A stretch of DNA of 64,000 nt from Eledone cirrhosa (GCA_964016885.1 OZ024741.1:213218001-213282000), one strand, 5' to 3'; shown: positions 13,195 to 27,798, numbered from the stretch's first letter. Notes: generated from the letters alone by a model not told the origin. A program made the numbers and translations.

Positions 13195-13530
13195 GTATTT
13201 CCGTAGGAAAGATAAACAAAAAAAGAGTGTTCTATGTAGGCTACAGAGCTTTTTAGTTATGTAATAAACACATAAGATAATTATTTCATTTACCAGTGGT
13301 TTCTTGAAGACAGGTATTTATGTCTGTCTTCATTCATCAGAACACAGTTTTATTTATGAAATAGTAATATGGATTTGAAAAGAGAGTATAGGATAAATGA
13401 AAGTGAGGCTGAAATAAAATAACGGGCAAAAATTGCAGGGGGAAAAAATAATAAATAAATATCCAAATACATAAACATACACATATACAAACTCACGCCT
13501 ATACGTAATAGTACGTAAACATATACATTC
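13191..13530 (-). mobile_element. Solo PLE pseudo-LTR
   Basis: Homologous to 36160-36245 (inverted pLTR of the PLE at 36160) and 41145-41390. Confidence 0.75.
13287..13344 (-). ncRNA. Minimal type I hammerhead
   Basis: guu-CUGAUGA-a-UGAAGACAG..CUGUCUUCA-a-GAAA-CC.acu.GG-UA^aau; 9-bp perfect helix II. Confidence 0.8.
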
Positions 13531-13932
13531 ACACATAAGTATATGTGCGTCTGCATGGAAATACAAATACACACATATACGTGTGATCTATCGCTCACCT
13601 ATGCGCAAACACACATATATATATATATATATATATACACTCACACACTCATTTATATGTTTCATAAATATACATATATATATATACAAATACACTGACT
13701 CATTTATATGCTTCATATATATAGTATTATAAATGTTAATGAGAAAATAAGCTGCAAAAACCCCTTCTCTTTCTCTCTCTCTCTCTCACACATGCACTGA
13801 CTATTTCAGTACAGATATTAAATCAGTTCACACAGAAGAGAAAATACGTCATCATAATCAAATGTAAATCATATAATTTGGTCTTGGATAAATGTCTGGC
13901 ACTGTTTTTGATAGATGTACGTATAGCGCTGT

Positions 13933-13998
<66 letters not shown>

Positions 13999-14055
13999 CA
14001 CGCACACACATGTATATATATAAATATATATATAAATACATCTATGTGTATGTTT

Positions 14056-14144
<89 letters not shown>

Positions 14145-14315
14145 GAGAGATATATAATATATGAGTAGATATATGTCTCTCTCTCTCTCTTTCTATATAT
14201 ATATGTGTGTGTGTGTAAATAATATATACATATATATATAAATGTATATAAATGTATATATACATATTTATATATATATATGTGTGTGTGTGTGTGCGCG
14301 TGTGTGTGTGTGTGA

Positions 14316-14558
14316 CAGCTCACACCTATGTAGGTTTAGCTAGCTTCCTCCAAGATATATCTCGTTGGAGGTGTCTTGGGTAATTTAATGATAGGGTCCC
14401 CAGTCCCTATCATCTCATTTCTACAGCTGAGTAAACTGTAGCAACGTGAAATTAAGTGTCTTGCTCAAGGAAACAACACATCACCCGGTCCGAGAATTGA
14501 ACTCACAACCTTTCGATTGCAAGCCCATTGCTCTAACTACTAATCCATGTGCCTTCAC
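14316..14558 (-). mobile_element. Full-length CORE-like SINE ending in (CA)n
   Basis: Head matches 2600-2727; tail matches 27799-27908. Confidence 0.85.
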
Positions 14559-14749
14559 TGAATGATGGTGGGGTGATCCACCCATCCGACCAGTATTGGG
14601 TTTGACTACGAGAATCTCAGTTATATTCTTTTCGAGAGGATCCTTCAATAGTCACCAATTGCCTCGGGGAACATTATTTTAAGATTGTATATATGTGTTT
14701 TGGGAAGTTTCAATTATTTTTTATATGTGTGGGTGGTGCAAGTCTTGGT

Positions 14750-15800
14750 GATCGTAAGTAAATTGTTTCTGTGATGTTGGTGTTGTGTTGTATGTAATTT
14801 AGGAGTTGTTTACTATGGCTGCGTTTCGGATGTTGTTGGTGCATTTTGTTATGTTTGCTGTGGTGTTGATGGAGGTGAGGATGAGGTTGGTGGTGGTGGT
14901 GGTGAGAGTAACGGTGGTGATTGTCTTGGGGCTTGTGACGGTAGCGCATTTGATGATGATGGTCGTGGTGGCATTGAGGTCTTCACTTTTGTTGTTTCAG
15001 TCTCTTTTTTGAAAGCGAAGGGTGGGAGTTCTTTCTCTTTTTCCTCGCTCCGGCGATTTTCCACACTTTAGCGTCGTAACACTCGTTGTCCGATTATGCG
15101 TGCTGGAGCCACCGTTAGTGTTGGAGATGCTGACTCTGTTGTTAACGTTGCCTGTGTTGGTGATGCTGCTGCCACTGTGGCCTTCGATAGTCGGGCCACT
15201 CCAGCCATGGGATACGACGTAGGGAGGAGTGTGGGGCTCGCTATCACCTAGCTTCGTTTTGGGCAGAAGGACTTTAGGTGCGTTTTATCTCCACATCACT
15301 GACAGCTTGGCCTTCCACCCTCGACGATCACGGGTAGGTGGCTGCCGTCGTCTAGGTTGATCACTTCGGGGATGGCCTCTATTGTCTCATGGCTTGATTG
15401 GATTATCAGCTCCATCCTCGATCATGACAGTTCTCCTGCTTTATCTGTATGGCGTCCAAGATGGTGGTCGAAATTATGTATATTGCACTCATAGCCCCTT
15501 GGTCACCCGTTCTACCCGATGCTATTTGTGTCCAATTGTACGGTACATCTGTTTTTCATGACGTCGGGTGGTCGAGGCTAAACCTGTAGCGACTCTTCTT
15601 GACCGAAAACGGTGCTTCCCTCATGTCCTTGTCACTAACGTGGACTTTCTACGTTTTTGGCCGGGCTCACGAATGATATGGTCGCTTTGGCGGCTCCTGC
15701 CTACTTTGAGGGTTCGCCATCCCTGATCTGTTGTTGCTTTTGTTGATGTTGTTGTCTTTGCCGTTGTTGCTGCTGCTGATACTGATGTTGATGCTGTTGC
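14750..15800 (-). pseudogene. Decayed L1/Tx1-type LINE ORF1 (gag-like) relic
   Basis: Manual translation gives LPVIVEGGRPS-CQ*CGDKTHLKSFC-PK, a CX2CX4HX4C knuckle at ~15261-15305, followed by a Pro/Ser/Thr-rich tail; contains stops. Confidence 0.65.
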
Positions 15801-16227
15801 TAGTGGTATTAATGGCGGCTATAGTGGTAGTGTCTTGACATGTGTTGGTATTTGTGGATGGTAGTGGTGGCATAAGTTATCTTCCGCTCTACGTCTGACA
15901 TGGTTAAAACACGTACAGTTTTCTGGTGCCAGATGTTTTGTGCTCTGGCACATGCAAGGGGTGGAGTGGAGTTATTCCATATTTCTTTCTGGAAATTGAA
16001 AAAAAAAATATTTGCGTTTTTCAAAGAGGAAAATACAATAGTTTGTCCAAAGGCTCACATTTTATGGGGTCACTTTCCTTGGGGGTCAATCAGGCACCCC
16101 ATAAATAGTCTGTGACAAACAAAAATATTTGCATAAAGGGTGTCGTAAACAAGTGAAAGAAGACAAACTTACACAAGCCGATACGAACATATCCGTTCAA
16201 AACAAATGGTGATAACAATAATAATAA

Positions 16228-16612
16228 TTGTTTCTACTATTGGCACAAGGCCAGCAATTATCCAGTACATTACTGGTACTTTATTTTATCGACCCCGTAA
16301 GGATGAAAGGCAAAGCTAACCTCGACGGGATTTGAACTCAGAATGGCAATGGCTGTAACCCTATACGTCAAAGCATGGCGTCCGACCCTCTACCGATACT
16401 GCCAATCCACCGCCCATAATAATAATTGTTTCTACTTTAGGCACAAGACCAGCAAATCACCCAGTACATTACTGGTACTTTATTTTATCGACCTCGTAAG
16501 GATGAAAGGCAAAGTCAACCTCGGCGGGATTTGAACTCAGATCGTAAAGGGACGTAACTATGCTGGAAAGCATGGCGTCCGACCCACTACTGATACTGCC
16601 AATCCACTGCCA
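16228..16612 (-). mobile_element. Two head-to-tail Meta/MESC-like SINEs
   Basis: Two full units separated by (AAT)n. Confidence 0.9.
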
Positions 16613-16630
16613 ATAATAATAATGATTTGT

Positions 16631-16706
<76 letters not shown>

Positions 16707-17191
16707 TTAATTAATAATGATAATGATAATAATATCAAAACAAACCCAGACAGAATAATTTAATAACAGAACAGTGATAGATCACTTCGACAATGTGATT
16801 TCCTATATTTTTTCATTGTAATATTATTATATTTATTTTTGCATTTTTTCAAGTTTTCTATATATTTACCTCCCTTTCTCTAATTATGCTCAATTCCCAG
16901 GTATACCTGATATTTTTTTTTTTCCCTTGGATGACTAGAATATCAATTTGACATATATCACAAGTCCCACATGAAAATAACTTCAACTTAAGCCTTCACT
17001 AAATATAATATCTCCTGGCAGATGTTGGCTACGCAGTAGTTCTTGTTGTTGTTCTTGTTCGGTTTTGTAGGAGGTGGGTGGTAGAAGGTGAATAGATTAT
17101 ATATTATTTTATTCTTTTTTAAGAATTTCTATATATTTTCTTATTTATCTATTTGTTTATTTACTTCTTACTTTTTATATAATATATTTTC

Positions 17192-17243
<52 letters not shown>

Positions 17244-17315
17244 TTTATGTATGTATTTATGTTTGTATATAAATATGAATATATATATATATGTATTTAT
17301 GTATGTATTTATGTT

Positions 17316-17347
<32 letters not shown>

Positions 17348-17904
17348 CATATATTTATACATACATATATATATACATATATACATATATTTATATATCC
17401 ATACATGCACACACACACACACACACATACACACACACACACACACACATACACACGAATATATATATGTATATACGTTTTTATTCTTATCGAATTTTTA
17501 TATATTTTCACATTTTTCATTTTAATTCTTATTTATTTCATAAATGTTTTCATATCTTTTATTTCTTGTTCACCGAAATATATATTTTATTTTTTATTTC
17601 ATTTTTATTAATTCGTTACACATGTTTTCTCATTTATTTAGTATTTAATTTTTTTTTTTTTTTTTTGATAATGTCTATTTTTATTTTTGTTATTGATAAT
17701 GTTTATTTTAAATCTTATTTTACATTTTTATTTGTTTTCTACCTTGAAATATCTGCCAGTCAAATGGTTTTAGTTATATATTTGTTTTGCATATTTATTA
17801 CTCAATGTAGAGTAAAGGAACTAATACAAACAAGAACAGAATACGACGAGCAGACATGATAAAAACGAAATAAAATAACAACAACAATAATACTAAAAGT
17901 AATA

Positions 17905-18780
17905 ATGGTTTCTGATTTTTGCATAAGGCCAGCAAGTTTTTAAAGAAAGGAAAGTCGATTAACTCGACACCAGTGCGTCACTGGTACTTTATTTTATCGA
18001 CCACTGAAGGATGAATGGCAAAGCTAACCTCGGCAGAATTTGAACTCAGATGGTAAAGGGGCGTAACTCTATCCCAAAATTATGTGGTCCGGCCATCTAC
18101 CGATACTGCCAATCCATCACCCTCTGGTTTCTGATTTAAGCACAATGCCAACAATTATGGGATAAGGGTAGATTGATTAATTCGACCCCAGTGCGTGACT
18201 GGTACTTTATTTTATCCACCCCGTAAGGATGAAAGGCAAAGCTAACTTCGCCAGATTTTGAACACGGATATGCAAAGGGGCGTAAATCTATTCCAAAAAG
18301 AATGTGGTCCTACGCTCCAACATTTCAGAAAATCCATCGCCCTAATAATAATAATTATTATTATTTCTAATTTTGGCACAAGGCCAGCAATTATCACAGT
18401 ACATTACTGGTACTTTATTTCATCGACCTCGTAAGGATGAAAGGCAAAGTTAACCATGGCAGTATTTGAACTCAGACCATAAAGGGACATAACTCTATGC
18501 TGCAAAGCATGGCGTCCAACCCTCTACCGATACTACCAATCCACTTCCCTAATAATAATAATAAATATGGTTTCTGCTTTAGAAACAAGGCCAGCAATTT
18601 TGTGGGATGGTAATATTGATTAAATCGATCCCATTGCTGCATGACAGGTATTTATTTTATAGACCCCGTAAAGATGAAATGCAAAGCTAACCTCGGTGAA
18701 ATTTGAACTCTAAAGGGGCGTAACTCTATACCATAAAGCATGTTGTCCGACGCTCTACCGGTTCTGCCAATCCACCACAT
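17905..18780 (-). mobile_element. Tandem array of four Meta/MESC-like SINEs
   Basis: Four head-to-tail units, both long- and short-tail forms. Confidence 0.9.
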
Positions 18781-19036
18781 TTAATAACAATAATAATACA
18801 TAAATTACTTGATTAGAAATTACATAATAACACGAACTACATGAAGTGAAATATTTCCAAAGTATTGCAGAGACCAGGAATAATACTAAGCTCTCTATTT
18901 TTATTTTAGAAATAAATATTGTTAGATATTGCTAAATGTATATCAAATAAGTATTAAATAAGTGTGAAATAATATATAGGTATATAATAAAATAAAACAA
19001 GTACGACTGGTTACTCTTTCATTACGTTTATTGGTT

Positions 19037-19120
19037 GGTGACGCGCGTTTCGCTATTGATCAGTTCAAGGTTCGATCGGTACCGCTCTAGCCCCACTCTG
19101 CAATCAACGGCTCGTCGCAT
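19037..19120 (-). ncRNA. Degenerate HHR motif (homolog at 49018-49102, + strand)
   Basis: aucaauagc-GAAA-C-GCGC-G-UC; core decayed (gcgacga here, ccgacaa in the homolog). Confidence 0.4.
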
Positions 19121-19241
19121 TTTATTATACTACATTTTGTTTAGCTCTACACCTCGATACCGACGTGAACCTAAACATCGAGTGCTCACCTGGGTGAACG
19201 TACAGTATCTCCGTGTTACACTCCCTGGATATATATATATA

Positions 19242-19306
<65 letters not shown>

Positions 19307-19314
<8 letters not shown>

Positions 19315-19917
19315 CTAGTAACATTTATATACACACAGATGCACATCAATGCTAGCAAATATATAGGTTTTGTCTTATTAACAATGTGGTTCAATGCATG
19401 GGGTTGCAGAACAATAATATGAGAGACGTAAAATAAGAAAATTATAAAATTAACTTACTTACTAAAAAATCACTTCCAACTAATTAGTTTCTGGAATGGA
19501 GTAAATATATTTTCCGAAGAAACTTATAGAAAATCATTCCGTCATCAGGAAAGTCTTTTTCCGTATAGGTCTCCAGGCATAGCGAGGACACTGGAAACTT
19601 ATTAAAAAAATAATTCAGTGGAATGGAAATAGCGATGCGTGGACTGGATTCCAAGCCATTGAGAAAATCACTGCCTCTACGTCCTTGGCAAATTCAAAAA
19701 GAATCAATCACGTGACATCGAGGTCAATCAGTGGAAAGCGAGTGGTTATTAAGACAGCGGCCAGCTTACTACCATAGTAGCAGTCATAGCCAAATATTGC
19801 TCGACAAATGAATTGGAGATAATTATAAGGAATTTATATCTAGTAACATTTATATACACACAGATGCACATCAATTTTTTAGTAAATAAGTTAATTTTAT
19901 AATTTTCTTATTTTACG

Positions 19918-19925
<8 letters not shown>
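19307..19925 (-). mobile_element. Non-coding HHR element with mixed direct and inverted terminal segments
   Basis: Direct repeat 19307-19349 / 19832-19874; inverted repeat 19419-19470 / 19873-19925; (TA)n flanks. Confidence 0.75.
19473..19553 (-). ncRNA. Type I hammerhead with extended helix II
   Basis: CUUUC-CUGAUGA-c-GGAAUG..CAUUCC-a-GAAA-C-UAAUUA-G-UU^GGAAG; palindromic stem III. Confidence 0.8.
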
Positions 19926-20013
<88 letters not shown>

Positions 20014-20111
20014 CGCAGGTCGCAGGTCGATGAACAACAGAAGCACAATTTAGTATAGCTAAATCTAAACTTAGAAATATTATAGAACAGTATAGAAAGA
20101 AGCAAAATAGA

Positions 20112-21359
20112 ATGGAGGCCCACCAACTGGGAGAAAAATCTGCAAATGGCTTGCGTAAGCTCATGCAACACTCGCGTAATGGAGAGATTGCATGCTTTCC
20201 AACAGACAAGTCTGGCAGAATGTCGGTTGACAGTCTGTCAAACTACATCCAGGCAATGCAACCCCACATCACTAACACAAGAGAAGTAACACCACAAGAG
20301 CATGAGGATAGGGAGAAAACCCTCAATGCCCATATGATGATGTGGACAAACATAATGCAGCCCAATAAAAGGACTGCTAACTACTTCCGGGCCTGGAACA
20401 ATGACGTGCCAGCGTTGTATGGGCTTCGAAAAGACCATAAAACGAGCAGTGACCCTGTCACAGGACCACCAACACAGCCAGTCTGTGGAGCTAACAATGC
20501 TAGTAACTACATACTTTCCTACTTCCTCTTCCTGATCATACGCTCCATCATTGAAATGTCCCCAGATATATGTGACAGCACGGAGGACTTCCTCAGCAGA
20601 ATCAGCGAAAGTAACCGATCTAGGGACCTAACAAACTGTATAATAGGTAGTATGGATGTTGTGTCCCTGTATCCATCCATTGACGTGGATTTTGCTGTGG
20701 AGAAATGCGTAAAAATGATTGGTGAGAGCAATGTTGAATTCCGTGGTATTGATACCAGTGAGCTGGGACACCTACTTAAACTTACCTATAGTAATGATTA
20801 TCTAGATACATATGACCTTAGCAACCTGTGCCCTACAAGACCAGCAAGAGGCAGACCACCTACCATTACCACAATGGCCAAGAAAACCCACACAGAAAGA
20901 TGGAACGAGTGGACCAGAGCCATACGGACCCCCGAAAACCACAATGAACTAAAGAAAATAATTGCACATGCGGTGGGGGCCAGTATAAAATTAACCCTTA
21001 AGGAACATATGTTCAAATATAATGGAAAAACATATGCCCAAGAGGAGGGAGCATCCATTGGTGTTAGCATTGCAGGTGACATAGCTAAACTATTCATGGT
21101 ATGGTGGGAGAATAGACTTAAACTTAAACTTAAACTTAAAGAACAATTAGAAGACAGCAACCTCTTAACCCTGATAATGTACTCCCGTTACGTTGATGAT
21201 ATAAACATCGAAGTAAAAACACCCCCACTAAATAACAGTCAGGAATTCGAGAAAAACACCATGGAAAGCATCCAGCAAATAGCTAACTCCATCCACCAGA
21301 GTATTAGAGTTACTATAGACTACCCAAGTAAACACCCAACCATCGATTACCTGTACTAG
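20112..21359 (+). pseudogene. PLE reverse transcriptase domain
   Basis: LYGLRKDHK, SMDVVSLYPSI, QEEGASIG, YSRYVDDI motifs; frameshift near 21345. Confidence 0.9.
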
Positions 21360-21427
21360 ACATAGAGCTCTGGGTAGAAACCATTATTAACAAAAAACAA
21401 ATCCTCCATTCCCATTATGCCAAACCC

Positions 21428-22290
21428 ATGACTTCCAAATATCTGATCCACCGAAACTCAGCTGTTTCGGATCACACCAAAACCAACATACTGATTGTGG
21501 ATTTGGTACGGGTGATGAGAAACGTGTCCCGCATGTGCAACCCCAAAGAACTAGAGAGACACATACAACACTTCATCCACCGTATGCAGTTCTCTGGTTA
21601 CAATCAGAGAGATAAAATCAGAGTATATAGAAGAGCCAGAACCAAATGGGAAAAAATGGTAAATAATGATACAAATAGGACCTGCCCCTTGTATAGAAGC
21701 AAATTTTGGAATAGAATAGAAAGAACTAGGTATAAGGTTAATAGAATCAACTCATGGTATGATAGCAATAAATACCAGAGTGTAATGTACATCAATACAA
21801 CCCCTAGAGGTAAATTAGCTTACAAATTTAGAAGGGCCCTAGATAAACATAAACTTAATATTAAGATAGTAGAACGACCATGTACCTCCATAAAAACACT
21901 TATTAGAAATACATACCCTTTTCAAAGACCTCCCTGTATAGATAAGAAATGCATAATCTGTAAACTAAGCCCCCATATTAACTGTAAAACTAGAAATGTA
22001 ATATATAGCATAAGATGTTTTGAAGGACAATGTAAAGATAAGAATATAGTGTACATAGGTGAGACAGCTCGTAGTATAGGAGAACGGTTAAATGAAAACT
22101 GGCGAGAACTTCAAGATAAAAAAGAATCATCTGTACTCCACCAACATGCTAAAATAGAACATTAGGGCAAATTAGAGAACATAGAAATAAAAATAGAATC
22201 TACACACAGAAAAGAGGCAATGTTTAGACAAATCACAGAGGCAATAAACATAAAATAATTCCAACCAAATTAAATAGAAAATATGAGTGG
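21428..22290 (+). pseudogene. PLE thumb / Cys-linker / GIY-YIG endonuclease
   Basis: CIDKKCIIC linker, NVIYSIRC, VYIGETARSIGERL, SVLHQH; in-frame stops after 22165. Confidence 0.88.
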
Positions 22291-22770
22291 AACAGCAACA
22301 TCACAACTTACAATTAAGGACAAAATGAAAGCACACACACACATAGAACAAACAACCAACCAGTAACATGTACATAAACAAATAAATAAACAAATATAAA
22401 CACACACAGACACCCGGATGTAACACATGCGCAAACTAAACACACAACACACACAAAAAACAAGATGGCGTAGGACAGAACAAAGGAGAGGCACAAAAAC
22501 AAAAAAAAGAATCCCCAGTCACTGAAGAGGTCAAAGAATGTGTGACGAATAAAATTTGACAATATATGAACAACCGTCCGGTTATGGAACCAACCAACCA
22601 ACCGGAAATTTATAAATTCTTAAATTTATAAATTTAATTTATAATAAATTGGAGTGAACGCAACTGGTGCGTGTGTTTCTTATTGGCAACATGACCCTCC
22701 CAAAGCATAACAATATCGGTTTCAACACACGTTTTCAGATAAAGAATCTTGCTAAACAAACCCAGAAACG

Positions 22771-22844
<74 letters not shown>

Positions 22845-22866
22845 GCCTACATATATATATATATAT

Positions 22867-23205
22867 ATCATTTATTTTGTTTTGACCTGTTTAGCTTGAT
22901 TTGCTTTTTGGCTTAGGTGGTTGATGCTTTCTTGACCACTATTTCAGTTTTGTATGGCGTCTTAACATATTTTTTTGCTTTGGTTTTTTAACTATGGAGC
23001 GCTAGCCAGCATTATTTCTGATTTTGCGTTTCGTTTCGCCTTTTCTATCCGCCGAAATGCGATTCTCGCTAAATCTATATTTGTATATATATTTGTATAT
23101 ATATATATATATTAGAAAGATCGAGTATCGAAAAATCGGCGCACGAGTTCACGATAAACAATATTCGAAATGAGCGGCAGAGGGCTCAATAATTCAGATG
23201 AATCT
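22867..23205. repeat. Tail-to-tail fragments of the ~610-bp HHR family (A on +, B on -) sharing one (TA)n
   Basis: 22867-23085 matches 27055-27275; 23113-23205 matches 3261-3345. Confidence 0.8.
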
Positions 23206-23716
23206 TTTTTTTTTTTTTTTTTTTTTATACACACATTGGGTTTTCATCATAAATTTAAACAAATCTTGAAGATAATAAAATTATGACATCATTCCATAAA
23301 TAACATTTGACAGTAGAAATAATATAACGATTAGATTACAATCAATTGTTTGTTGCTTCCTTTCCTTGTTTTATATTGTATTTCGCTATTTATCAATAGT
23401 GACAGGAATGACTGTGTGGTTAAGGAGTTAATTTCGAAAATCTTTGGTTCTGGGTTGTGTCCCTTTGCATGTGGGAGTGTCTTTTATTAAAGCCTCTCGC
23501 TGACCAGAGACTTGTGAGTTAAATTTGATAGACAAAACATAAGAACACACACACATATAGATATGCACACAGACACACACACAGACATATATAAATATAT
23601 ATAGAGACAGAGAGAGGGAGAGAGGTAGAACACTGGAAGGTAATATCTGTCGTGGTAGAGCACTCAGTCCATGGGACGAGTTTGGTAGAAGTAGTCACAA
23701 CTGTTAGTTCACCATA

Positions 23717-23757
23717 CCGAGAATAATTGTTTCACCTTAAGCGGATCTTCAGCTCGG
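23717..23757 (-). ncRNA. Minimal type I hammerhead in the inverted pLTR
   Basis: CCGAG-CUGAAGA-u-CC.gcuuaa.GG-u-GAAA-C-AAUU-(A)-UU^CUCGG. Confidence 0.75.
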
Positions 23758-24938
23758 AATAGTAATGGTTAACATCTACTTTTAATGAGTTAGGACTTAA
23801 GATAATGGTAGCTACCAACCTCTCTAGTGTACATTTCTTAGACATTAATTTAGAACTTCGCGCACATACCTTTCCATAAACTAAACGAAATACTTAATTA
23901 CACACACAGGGACTCATGCCACCCTCCTACTGACACTTAGTAAATCATATCAGTACTAGAATCTCTGACCTCTCCTTTAATAAGGCTATCTTTGACAGAG
24001 CGGCCCCCTACTATAACACCGCGTTAGCTAACAGCGGCTTCTCGCAACCAATTACCCCCCCCCCCCCCCTAACAACAACAGCACTAAGAAAAGAAATCGT
24101 AACAATAGACAAACCATATGGGTCTCTCTTCTCTTCTCACTCAACGTTAAAACAAATGTAGGAAAAAATGTTTAGCCCTCTTAGATAGTCACTTTCCCAT
24201 AGATCACAAATACCGCTCCATCTTTAACAGTCACTGATTAAAACTAGTGTACTCCTGCGCTAAGAATATAAAGTCCCATAACACCAACAGCCCTAAGAAT
24301 GTCCCCCTTTCAGGATGCTCTTGCCGAAGGTCTGAAGCTTGTCCCCTTCAGCAGCAATGCCAAACACCCACTGTAGTTTATGAAGCTGTGGTCACTTCCA
24401 ACCGACCAAATCCACAACAGGAGGTCAAATTCTATGTGGGTATGGCGTAGGGCCGATTTAAGGAACGCTTCCTGAACCATCAGTCGACCTTTAGGTACCT
24501 GGACAAACGATCCCCCACGAAGCTCGCGAGTCACGTATGGTCCCTCAAAGACTCAGGTATAGACTACTCCATTCAAAGGAAAGCTATCACTATGTCCAAG
24601 CCATACGCAAGGGGCCATCCGTTTTGTGGGCTGTGTATTGAAGAAAGATAAATATTCTAAGGAGATTACGCAATAGCGATTGCCTAAATTCAAGAAATGA
24701 AATTTTCTCACATTGTCCAATTGCCTGGAAACACCTCTTTCATAACTACAAAGCTCCGGATTGAATAACAACAACATTCTAATTTTCTAATCAACTCGAA
24801 CATATTATTCCGTATACTCACAGTTATCTCCCTTACACCTTTCGCCCGTGGCTTTGCATTGCCTGGGTGAAGTGACCGTTTCTGTGCATGCGCGTCCATA
24901 CGGTTGCTCTTCCTGTTCCGTATAACCATTACCAGTGG

Positions 24939-24975
24939 GAGCTGAAGATACGCTTAAGATGAAACAATTGTTCTC
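24939..24975 (+). ncRNA. Minimal type I hammerhead in the 3' pLTR
   Basis: GAG-CUGAAGA-..-GAAA-C-AAUU-G-UU^CUC; helix II eroded. Confidence 0.65.
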
Positions 24976-25004
24976 GGTATGGTGAACTAACTGTTGTGAT
25001 TACT

Positions 25005-25084
<80 letters not shown>

Positions 25085-25107
25085 TACACATATATATATA
25101 TATATAT

Positions 25108-25152
<45 letters not shown>

Positions 25153-25296
25153 GAGAGAGAGAGAGAGAGGACTAGAACTGTTTCATTCGGGAGAAGCCAT
25201 TTCTCTATTAAATATTTATACTCTTATATGTATTGAGTACCTTACTGAGGTTACCCTCGATTGAACCCGGGTTTAACTTATATATATATATATATG

Positions 25297-25600
25297 CACT
25301 CTTCCTAATTGTCCCATCAACATCGCAGAAGAGTGCATGAGAGCATATGTGATCCCTAAAATCACGTGCAAAATATTTAGTTGTTCCTACACCGGAAGTA
25401 CCATAAGGAGGCTCTTCATACTGATAAAAGAACACGTGACAATTAGAGCCTCTTCCGTTAAAAAACAGACGCTACAACCACGTTATTGAGGTCACCATAA
25501 AGGCGACTGTAAGGAGTAAAGGAAATTTAAGGATTATCCAGGCCATTGTCATCAGCCGAATAAAACCAGAGATAAACAATAGGACAGAAAATCACGGGGC
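25297..25600 (+). pseudogene. GIY-YIG C-terminal fragment of another PLE family
   Basis: Manual translation: YVIPKITCKIFSCSYTGSTIRRLFILIKEH..NLRIIQAIVISRIKPEINNR. Confidence 0.7.
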
Positions 25601-25780
25601 GAAATATGTTACTGCACCGACCTTGCGTATGCAGATGCGTTTTGCAAACCCATAGAGCAGTGAAGGAAGAACACTCCGATCAACCGTTTGTTTCGACTTG
25701 AAAACTACTTATTGATATCGATAATTGATTACAACTATACGGTGCTGCAGCATGGACTCAGTCTAATGACCTGTAAAATA

Positions 25781-25940
25781 ATTGTTTCTACTTTAGGCAC
25801 AAGGCCAGCAGTTACCCAGTGCATTACTGGTACTTTATTTTATCGACCCCGTTAGGATCAAAGGCAAAGACAACCTCGGCGGGGTTTGAACTCAGATCGT
25901 AAAGGGACGTAACTATGCTGGAAAGCATGGCGTCCGACCA
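25781..25940 (-). mobile_element. Meta/MESC-like SINE (also 33781-33900, 54170-54435, 63107-63233)
   Basis: Same diagnostic central domain and B box. Confidence 0.9.
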
Positions 25941-26121
25941 TTTGTGATTAGGACAATAAAACTATGAAATAAAGATAGGGAAGAGGCGTTAGAGACGTCA
26001 GATAGGAAGTATTTTTGGAATGCTCAGCAACTTTCACGTTAATTTCATTCCTTTTTTATATGTTTGTTATGTGTATGTATGTTATTTGTTATGTGAGGTG
26101 CGCTATTTATGTGTGTGTGTA

Positions 26122-26165
<44 letters not shown>

Positions 26166-26489
26166 GAGGAACGAGATGTATGTGTGAGGGAAAAACAGAG
26201 AGGGAGTGAGATTTATGTATGTGTGTCTGTCTAATTTTATCTCTCTATGTGTGCGTGTGTCTGTGTGTGAAAAAAAACATAGTGAAAGTGAGATGTATGT
26301 ATGTGTAATGTGTGTGTGATTTTATCTGTGTACCTGTGAATGTGTGAGTGAGACAGAGAGCGACAGGAGAAGATAGTGAAGGGTAATGTGTCTCTATGGT
26401 GTGTGCTTGTGCTTGCTTGTGTGGCACATAAATGTTTGTATTACTGAACTTCACGGCAGGGGGTGGGGGTAAAAACAAAACAACAAATA

Positions 26490-26611
<122 letters not shown>

Positions 26612-26791
26612 TGCTGTCCAGTGGGGAGTTCTTATCTGTCAACACGAGTGGGAAATACAATCTGGTCTTGACAGGACTGCTTATTGTAATGGCTCATCTC
26701 CCTTGCCTCTCTCTCTCTCTCTCCACATACATATACACACATACAGACACACATACTCACATACACAGACACACGCACACACACTCACAAT

Positions 26792-26833
<42 letters not shown>

Positions 26834-26892
26834 TGGCGGAGGCCCAGCATGGCCTCAGCCGGATGGCTGGAACAGGTAAAAGAGTAAAAGAG

Positions 26893-26927
<35 letters not shown>

Positions 26928-26930
<3 letters not shown>

Positions 26931-27798
26931 CGATCGTTATACACAAAGCTTATATTTTTAAGCAGAATGTATTTTGATTTAGGTGTCACAGAAACTCTTC
27001 ATCGGATTTTAACAGCAATTCCGGGCGTCCAGGTCTGGTTATCACTTATTTGTTATCATTTATTTTGTTTTGACCTGTTTAGCTTGATTTGGTTTTTGGC
27101 TTGGGTGTTTAATGCTTTCTTGACCACCTTTTCAGTTTTGTATGGCTTCTTAACACATTGTACAGCTCTGGTTTTTAACTATTGAACACTTTGCCAGTAT
27201 CATTTCTGATTTTTGCGTTTCGCTTCGCTTTTCCTGCCCGCCGAAAATGCGATTCTCGCTGAATCTTTATTTGTATTAATCTCCCCTGTTTTACAATTAA
27301 CTTGTTAATAATTTCTATTGACAGGTTAATTATATAAGTTTATTTTAAACTACTCGGTTGAGAACTTATTCGATTTGTGCTATTTATGCTATTTTTAGCA
27401 AGATTTACACCAACTGAATTACTTAGCCAAAATCTGCGGTTATTCCCCTTGTGATTTCCACACGTGATTTAACTTACCACCGTGTCATTCACTTATTTGG
27501 TACAGAGCGAAATACATGTTGATAACGTGATATTCCTTGTTCGATCGTTATACACAAACTTATATTTTTAAGCAGACTGTATTTTGATTTAGGTGTCACA
27601 GAAACTCTACATCGGATTTTAACAACAATTCCGGGAGTCCAGGTCTGGTTATCACTTATTTTTTATCATTCATTTTGTTTTGACCTGTTTAGCTTGATTT
27701 GGTTTTTGGCTTGGGTGTTTAATGCTTTCTTGGCCACCTTTTCAGTTTTGTATGGCTTCTTAACAGATTGTTTAGCTCTAGTTTTTAACTATTGAACA
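26928..27798 (+). mobile_element. ~610-bp HHR retrozyme-like element (subfamily A), 1.4 tandem units
   Basis: 26928-27187 is repeated at 27539-27798; no coding ORF; HHR at 27514-27644. Confidence 0.85.
27514..27644 (+). ncRNA. Extended type I hammerhead with U3:A8 core and large loop II/III insertions
   Basis: ACAUG-UUGAUAA-c-GUGAUA..(~60 nt)..UGUCAC-a-GAAA-CUC..GAG-UC^CAGGU. Confidence 0.75.

Larger units (their letters stand above)
20020..22775 (+). mobile_element. Penelope-like retroelement (Neptune-like linker, tentative), 5'-truncated and frameshifted
   Basis: RT and GIY-YIG ORFs below; degenerate HHR GUCA-CUGAAGA-GGUCA..UGAC-GAA..UGAC at 22518-22560. Confidence 0.9.
23620..25008 (+). 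mobile_element. 5'-truncated PLE with inverted 5' pLTR
   Basis: FLDINL RT remnant; CSCRRSEACPL..VVYEA..FYVGM GIY-YIG; 23684-23771 is the inverse of the 3' pLTR at 24923-25008. Confidence 0.9.
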